A stretch of DNA of 54,775 nt, from assembly GCA_046761065.1 (NCBI GenBank), contig JBHIFL010000019.1, forward strand, positions 1 to 54,775, read 5' to 3'. The position numbers were made by a program, and so were the translations under genes. The notes beneath the pieces are model-generated. The model saw only the letters and a list, made by a program, of their open reading frames with translations. It did no database searches and was not told the origin of the DNA. Source of the DNA: Candidatus Heimdallarchaeota archaeon (GTDB lineage: Archaea > Asgardarchaeota > Wukongarchaeia > Wukongarchaeales > JBHIFL01). Position 1 is the first letter of the stretch, and the number at the start of each line of letters is the position of its first letter. Of the stretch, positions 49,992 to 54,775 are shown one piece after another.

Positions 49992-50798
49992 ATGCGATTT
50001 GCATTGAAGATTGCCTATTTGGGATCACAATACCATGGGTGGCAAAGACAACCTAATGTAATCACCGTGGAAGGAACAATTCTTCAAACCCTAAAAAAGT
50101 TTAAAGTTCTTTATGATTTAAAAAAAACAAAATATGGGTATGCGAGCCGGACAGACGCTTCTGTTCATAGTTTATCTCAAGTTATAGCTTTCAATACCAA
50201 AAAAGAGTTAAATTTTTACCGAATTAATGACTCTTTGCCACCAGATATTTGTATACTTAGTATGCGCAGGGTTCCCCCCTCATTTCATCCACGATATGAT
50301 TATAAGCAGAAAACATATCGTTTTGTGATACCTTATCGGCACGAAAACCTGAACTGTATGCGGAGAGCTGCCCAATTCTTGGAAGGAACCCATGACTTTT
50401 CCTCCTTTGTAAAAGCAACCCTTAATGGCCCAAGAATAACAACAATAACCAATATCGATATACACAAGGAAAGAACAACCCTTATTCTTGATTTCTCATC
50501 AAATTGGGGATTTTTCTGGCAACAAGTACGTAGGATGGTTACATTTCTCATCTTTTGTGGTCACGGTGAAATCTCTCCTGATGAAACTATTGAGTATCTT
50601 AATAAGACCAAGTTTCCAAAGTTACCACCTGCTTCCCCCCACCGACTCATCCTAAAGGAAGTTTCATACTCGAACATAATTTTTGACCTATTCTCTAAAA
50701 CGATTACAAAGTTATGTAGATATTTAGAATCAACAACTATACCCCCTCTTATACTCCCAGAGATCATAAACGAATTTATGAAATACTTAGGGCAATAA
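49992..50798 (+). CDS. truA: tRNA pseudouridine(38-40) synthase TruA
   Basis: AYLGSQYHGWQRQP..SRTDASVH..GTHDFSSF..WQQVRRMV. Confidence 0.93.
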   Translation: MRFALKIAYLGSQYHGWQRQPNVITVEGTILQTLKKFKVLYDLKKTKYGYASRTDASVHSLSQVIAFNTKKELNFYRINDSLPPDICILSMRRVPPSFHPRYDYKQKTYRFVIPYRHENLNCMRRAAQFLEGTHDFSSFVKATLNGPRITTITNIDIHKERTTLILDFSSNWGFFWQQVRRMVTFLIFCGHGEISPDETIEYLNKTKFPKLPPASPHRLILKEVSYSNIIFDLFSKTITKLCRYLESTTIPPLILPEIINEFMKYLGQ

Positions 50799-50858
50799 AA
50801 CTTAATATAATGCTCTACACTTATGTCTTTTTGCATTAGTTCGAGACAAAACTCCCCT

Positions 50859-51824
50859 TCATAATATTTTGAAAGCAGATATCTTTGCTAAGATGGCACT
50901 TAATTGGATTTCTTCAGTCGCTCCCTCTGCAAGTCGGAAATCTATTTCCCCTAAATATGCTAAAAGTTCCAACTTTTGATGTTCTGAAAATTCTTCCATT
51001 GTTTGGATGATTGAAGCCATTTGTTTTAATAAATCGATTCCGGACAGACCATGATCGATCAAAAGGCTTCTTAATTTTTTTCTCGCATTAAAAAAATTCC
51101 CCTGTAATGCAAGATCGATCATTTTTTCCACTTCATTAGGATGAGCTTTTCCTAAGACACTAAATACCAATTCTGGAGTTATTGTATCGGAAATAGCTGC
51201 CGTAGCTTGTAATATATTAATGACTTTTCTCAGGTCGCCTTTTATCTCACCCCATAATGTTTTAAGACCCTCTTCTGTAATTGCTAACCCTTCGTTTTCG
51301 CAGATTTGATCCACTTTTTTCTTGATGTCCTCCTTTGTGAGGGGAGAAAGTCGGAATAGCGCACATCGAGATTGAATTGGTTCAATGATTTTGGAAGAGT
51401 AATTTACTATAAGAGCAAATCTGCTAGTTCTAGCAAACCGCTCCATTGTGCGTCGTAATGCCGTTTGTGCAGGGTTAGTCAACGCATCTGCCTCATCGAG
51501 TAAAACCATCTTAAACGGGATATCTCCAAACGAAGATGTCCTGGCAAAACCTTTAATACGCTCTCGTACAACATCAATGCCTCGCTCATCTGACGCATTC
51601 AACTCTAAGAAGTTTGCATGTACATTTTCCGATCCATAAAGATCATTTGCAAAAGCTAAGACTGCTGTAGTCTTTCCAACACCTGCAGGTCCGGCCAAGA
51701 GCAGATTTGGTGTGTTTTTCTTCCCAACAAAAGCTTTTAACCTTTTGACAATACCTTCTTGGTTTATTATTTCATCAAGAGTTTTAGGCCGGTATTTTTC
51801 CGTCCATAATTCAAATGATGACAT
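50859..51824 (-). CDS. rfcS: Replication factor C small subunit (no intein)
   Basis: WTEKYRP..GPAGVGKT..ELNASDERG..DEAD..IQSRC. Confidence 0.96.
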   Translation of the reverse strand: MSSFELWTEKYRPKTLDEIINQEGIVKRLKAFVGKKNTPNLLLAGPAGVGKTTAVLAFANDLYGSENVHANFLELNASDERGIDVVRERIKGFARTSSFGDIPFKMVLLDEADALTNPAQTALRRTMERFARTSRFALIVNYSSKIIEPIQSRCALFRLSPLTKEDIKKKVDQICENEGLAITEEGLKTLWGEIKGDLRKVINILQATAAISDTITPELVFSVLGKAHPNEVEKMIDLALQGNFFNARKKLRSLLIDHGLSGIDLLKQMASIIQTMEEFSEHQKLELLAYLGEIDFRLAEGATEEIQLSAILAKISAFKIL

Positions 51825-52152
51825 TTTGAAATCCTTCTGTACAAGAAATTAAAGAAACTAAATCACAGCAATGTGCTATCAACGTATCTTTATACTTTTT
51901 TTGTCCTTCGTAAAAGGGATATCTAAGAAACACATCGTGAAGAAGCAGATAAACTGCACTGAAAGGATGAACAACAAGAATTCACATCTGAAAGGTATAA
52001 TATATTTATAAATACCCAGCTTCCTCCGGAAAAGTGAAAGAATTTTGAGCTGTCAAATACAAGAACATTTCATGTTGGTTTTTATTAGATTTAAAATCCT
52101 ATTTTTTTCTCTTAAAGCGTGAATATAAACTATAAACTTCGTTTTACGAGGT

Positions 52153-52695
52153 TTAAAAACTATTTTTTCGAATTTGAATAGTTTTATTTGGAAATCTTCG
52201 AAGTTCTGAACCACACACACAACACATTTCAATTTTAAGGTCATCTAATTCTTTATTCGAATAGGTTTTCCCACACCCTCTACAACGGAATTCCCATTCG
52301 ATCCGGTTTTTGATTTTTTTCTCACCCCAGAACATGAGTCCCAGATAATTAGCAAGGTTTTGAATAGATAAATCATGTGAACAAATTATGACATTCTTTC
52401 CTTCTTTTTTTAATTCAAAAGCTAATGCGACGAGATCTATATCGGTTTTAGATAAATTTTTTATCTCACCGAGATATTCACACCCCTTTTTTTGAACAAA
52501 TAAAATATTTAGATCTTTGGGAGAAATTATTTTTAGTAATTTTTGTGTTAACACCAGATCCGTGTATATTTGGTTCTTTTGATCAATTATTTCTTCCAAA
52601 ACACTAGGTACTGTAACAAAATGTGCATCTTTGTTCCAAAAGAGCTGTTTCGAATGTAAAATTACTCCCGTATCTATCACTAGAACTTGATCCAT
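52153..52695 (-). CDS. nob1: Nob1-like PIN endonuclease with Zn ribbon
   Basis: VIDT..TVPSVLEEI..LSKTDIDLVALA..DLSIQN..CRGCGK..CCVCGS. Confidence 0.9.
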   Translation of the reverse strand: MDQVLVIDTGVILHSKQLFWNKDAHFVTVPSVLEEIIDQKNQIYTDLVLTQKLLKIISPKDLNILFVQKKGCEYLGEIKNLSKTDIDLVALAFELKKEGKNVIICSHDLSIQNLANYLGLMFWGEKKIKNRIEWEFRCRGCGKTYSNKELDDLKIEMCCVCGSELRRFPNKTIQIRKNSF

Positions 52696-52753
52696 GGATA
52701 TCCTCCATCCATCTAGTCTATGAGTTCAATATAACTTTAAAAATGAAATTTAA

Positions 52754-53617
52754 TCAGTCAATTAATTTCTCAAGATTCTTACGAAGCTTTGAAAACCGAT
52801 ATAAATGTGAATACTTCTGCAATCTCAAAAATTTAACTGGAGATTGTGATTTTGTAATCTGAACAATACTACCTTGTCTCAAGGGTTTTTGAACTTGTCC
52901 ATCTATTACGAGAAGACCATCTTTTCCTCCCTCGAGAAGTTTTATATCGATTTTTGATGCTGCTGGGACCACCAGTGGCCGCATACTAAAGTCTAGAGGA
53001 GAAATAAAAACTATTACTGTTGCTTCCAAGCGAAGATCAACTAATGCGCCACCTGCAGATGCCGCGTGAGCTGTTGATCCTGTTGGGGTGGCAAAAATTA
53101 CTCCATCTGCAAATCCCCGCCATAAATGTACATTATCCACCAAAAGCTCTAAATAGATCATCTTCGAGGGAATACTCGATGTTAATAATGCTTCATTGAG
53201 AGCTTTCAATCGTTTATGTGTTTCTGTTTCTACGTCCAATCGTATATGCTCTTCAATTATGTATTGATGATTTAAAATTTGTTTTAAATCTTTAAGAACG
53301 TGATTTGGGTCACTCTCGGCTAAAAAACCACGTGATCCAAAATTTACTGCGAAAATTGGGATGTCCTTGCGAATTTGACGTGCAGTATGCAAAACTGTGC
53401 CATCCCCCCCAATAGTAATCACAAGATCTACATCAAGAGCCTCTAATGAGCAAGATTCAACCCCCCCTGGTAATTGATCTTTTGGAATTCCACTAATGTA
53501 AACACGAATACCTTGGTCAAGTAAAAATCTAGAAATTTCTCTTGTCACATGATCTACTTCTGTTTTCCCAGGACGTACTGTAATTCCCACACGTTTCCAA
53601 TTGATGTTCTGTAACAT
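52754..53617 (-). CDS. nadK: NAD kinase
   Basis: GGDGT..NFGSRGFL..LNEA..DGVIFATPTGSTAH; ATG at 53617 after GGTGA. Confidence 0.93.
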   Translation of the reverse strand: MLQNINWKRVGITVRPGKTEVDHVTREISRFLLDQGIRVYISGIPKDQLPGGVESCSLEALDVDLVITIGGDGTVLHTARQIRKDIPIFAVNFGSRGFLAESDPNHVLKDLKQILNHQYIIEEHIRLDVETETHKRLKALNEALLTSSIPSKMIYLELLVDNVHLWRGFADGVIFATPTGSTAHAASAGGALVDLRLEATVIVFISPLDFSMRPLVVPAASKIDIKLLEGGKDGLLVIDGQVQKPLRQGSIVQITKSQSPVKFLRLQKYSHLYRFSKLRKNLEKLID

Positions 53618-53709
53618 TAAATTCACCGGGTTTATATAATTATATAAAATATTTTTCAATATATATGAATTCCTTACTACAAAACTAAAGATTGCCATGT
53701 TAGCATTAA

Positions 53710-54561
53710 TCAGAGGAGGAGATTAGTACAAAAAGAGACTGAACCGAGAAATGAACCATCAAGGAGATATATTGTAGCGTTTTCAGGTTGAATAAGGCGT
53801 TCTGCAACAAATCCAGGAACAAAACCTCCCTCATTCAGTGGGAAACCACCAAGATACTGATTAAAGGGTGGGAGAACTATGATTTCTTTCCTTTTAGAAG
53901 AAATGTGTTGGTCTTGTGCTGAAAAATGGTTATTTTGTTTTTGAACCGGATTAAAAGAGGATGTATGAGCCCGGATCCAAGTTCGGAGAATATATTTAGA
54001 AAAACGGTCTCGGAGATGGATACTTGGATGACTATGACCCATAATCAGAATATTTGCAGAGGTTAAGCGAGAGGAGAAAGATGCATGACCATGACAAAAC
54101 CCAATAGTGCCATTCTTAGTTTGGATTAGTACATCATTCCCTGGAAACATGCGAATCTCATTTGGAAGATATTTTTCTAATGCCCCATCATGATTACCTC
54201 TTAAAATCCAAATTTTTTCACAATAATCCATAAGTTCTTTAAAGGAATGCCACAACATAGTAGATATAATACTGGATGGAGCTATCACCTCATCTTTGAT
54301 ATCACCACAGATGAGGAGAATGTCAGGGATTGTTCTCTTAACTAAATTAAGTAATTCTAAAAGAACTTGCTGACTTAAGATAGAGTCTTTATTACTCTTA
54401 GTAGAATTTCCTTCGAATCCTATGTGAAGATCTGCCACAATAAGAATAGATCCGAGTTGCGAGTTAAATTCCAGAGCTGCCTCTCCCAGAACCGGCTTTA
54501 GGCATCTGAGGGGTTTTTGTTTAAATAGAAGTGTTGAAAAATTTTGGTAATGGAATTCCAA
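53710..54561 (-). CDS. Metallophosphoesterase (calcineurin-like, ICC family)
   Basis: ADLHIG..GDIKD..RGNHD..HGH..MGHSHP..PPFN. Confidence 0.9.
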   Translation of the reverse strand: MEFHYQNFSTLLFKQKPLRCLKPVLGEAALEFNSQLGSILIVADLHIGFEGNSTKSNKDSILSQQVLLELLNLVKRTIPDILLICGDIKDEVIAPSSIISTMLWHSFKELMDYCEKIWILRGNHDGALEKYLPNEIRMFPGNDVLIQTKNGTIGFCHGHASFSSRLTSANILIMGHSHPSIHLRDRFSKYILRTWIRAHTSSFNPVQKQNNHFSAQDQHISSKRKEIIVLPPFNQYLGGFPLNEGGFVPGFVAERLIQPENATIYLLDGSFLGSVSFCTNLLL

Positions 54562-54775
54562 GATTTATTCGTCCTAGAATGGTTTTATGTTATATAGGAT
54601 TCGGACTAAAAGAAAAAAGCTACTGCCTTACCAGTTGGATGGTTGCCCCTTCTCTCGATTTATTTACCTGATATAATCCTCCTCCGAAGAGGGGAGTTAG
54701 CATATCTTCAAGTAATTGCTACTAGTGCTCTGTTACACTCACAATGAGGGGGGGGATATATATCTAGATATTATG

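Noticed and set aside
54620-54775. 3' end of a minus-strand gene at the window edge
   Set aside because: The frame ending at 54620 contains several stops and has no recognisable family.
1-54775. CRISPR array, rRNA genes, inteins, and the many short antisense ORFs in the track (e.g. 1636-2169, 9817-10269, 22558-23094)
   Set aside because: No regularly spaced repeats or rRNA signatures. Cdc6, RFC and RadB have normal lengths. The antisense ORFs shadow well-supported genes.

Overview
Archaeal chromosomal window, about 37% GC by eye. It is probably an Asgard-type archaeon, inferred from an OST3/OST6-like subunit, eL38, an eIF5A with a eukaryote-like C-terminus and a divergent TFIIB paralog. It holds mostly core information-processing genes: the distal S10/spc ribosomal protein cluster (uS3 tail to uL30), the srp54-trmY-pus10-eL21-rpo4-DUF655-ksgA-trmJ cluster, tfe, mbf1, pan, radB, truD, pth2, EF-1beta, alba, eL40, eL38, eIF5A, cdc6, truA, rfcS, nob1 and an NAD kinase. 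It also has a TFB-like/pilus ATPase/TadC operon and several IS relics. The outstanding signal is a proliferation of bulge-helix-bulge (BHB) introns. (i) The essential uS5 gene is interrupted by a 35-nt BHB/BHL-type intron whose canonical excision restores the reading frame. (ii) All five tRNA genes are interrupted, with 11 introns in total; two tRNAs have three introns and one intron splits the anticodon. (iii) Every tRNA has an intron at T-loop position 59/60. (iv) The 59/60 intron of tRNA-Val is 427 nt long and holds a decayed LAGLIDADG-like homing endonuclease gene. All structures were derived by hand; no searches were run.
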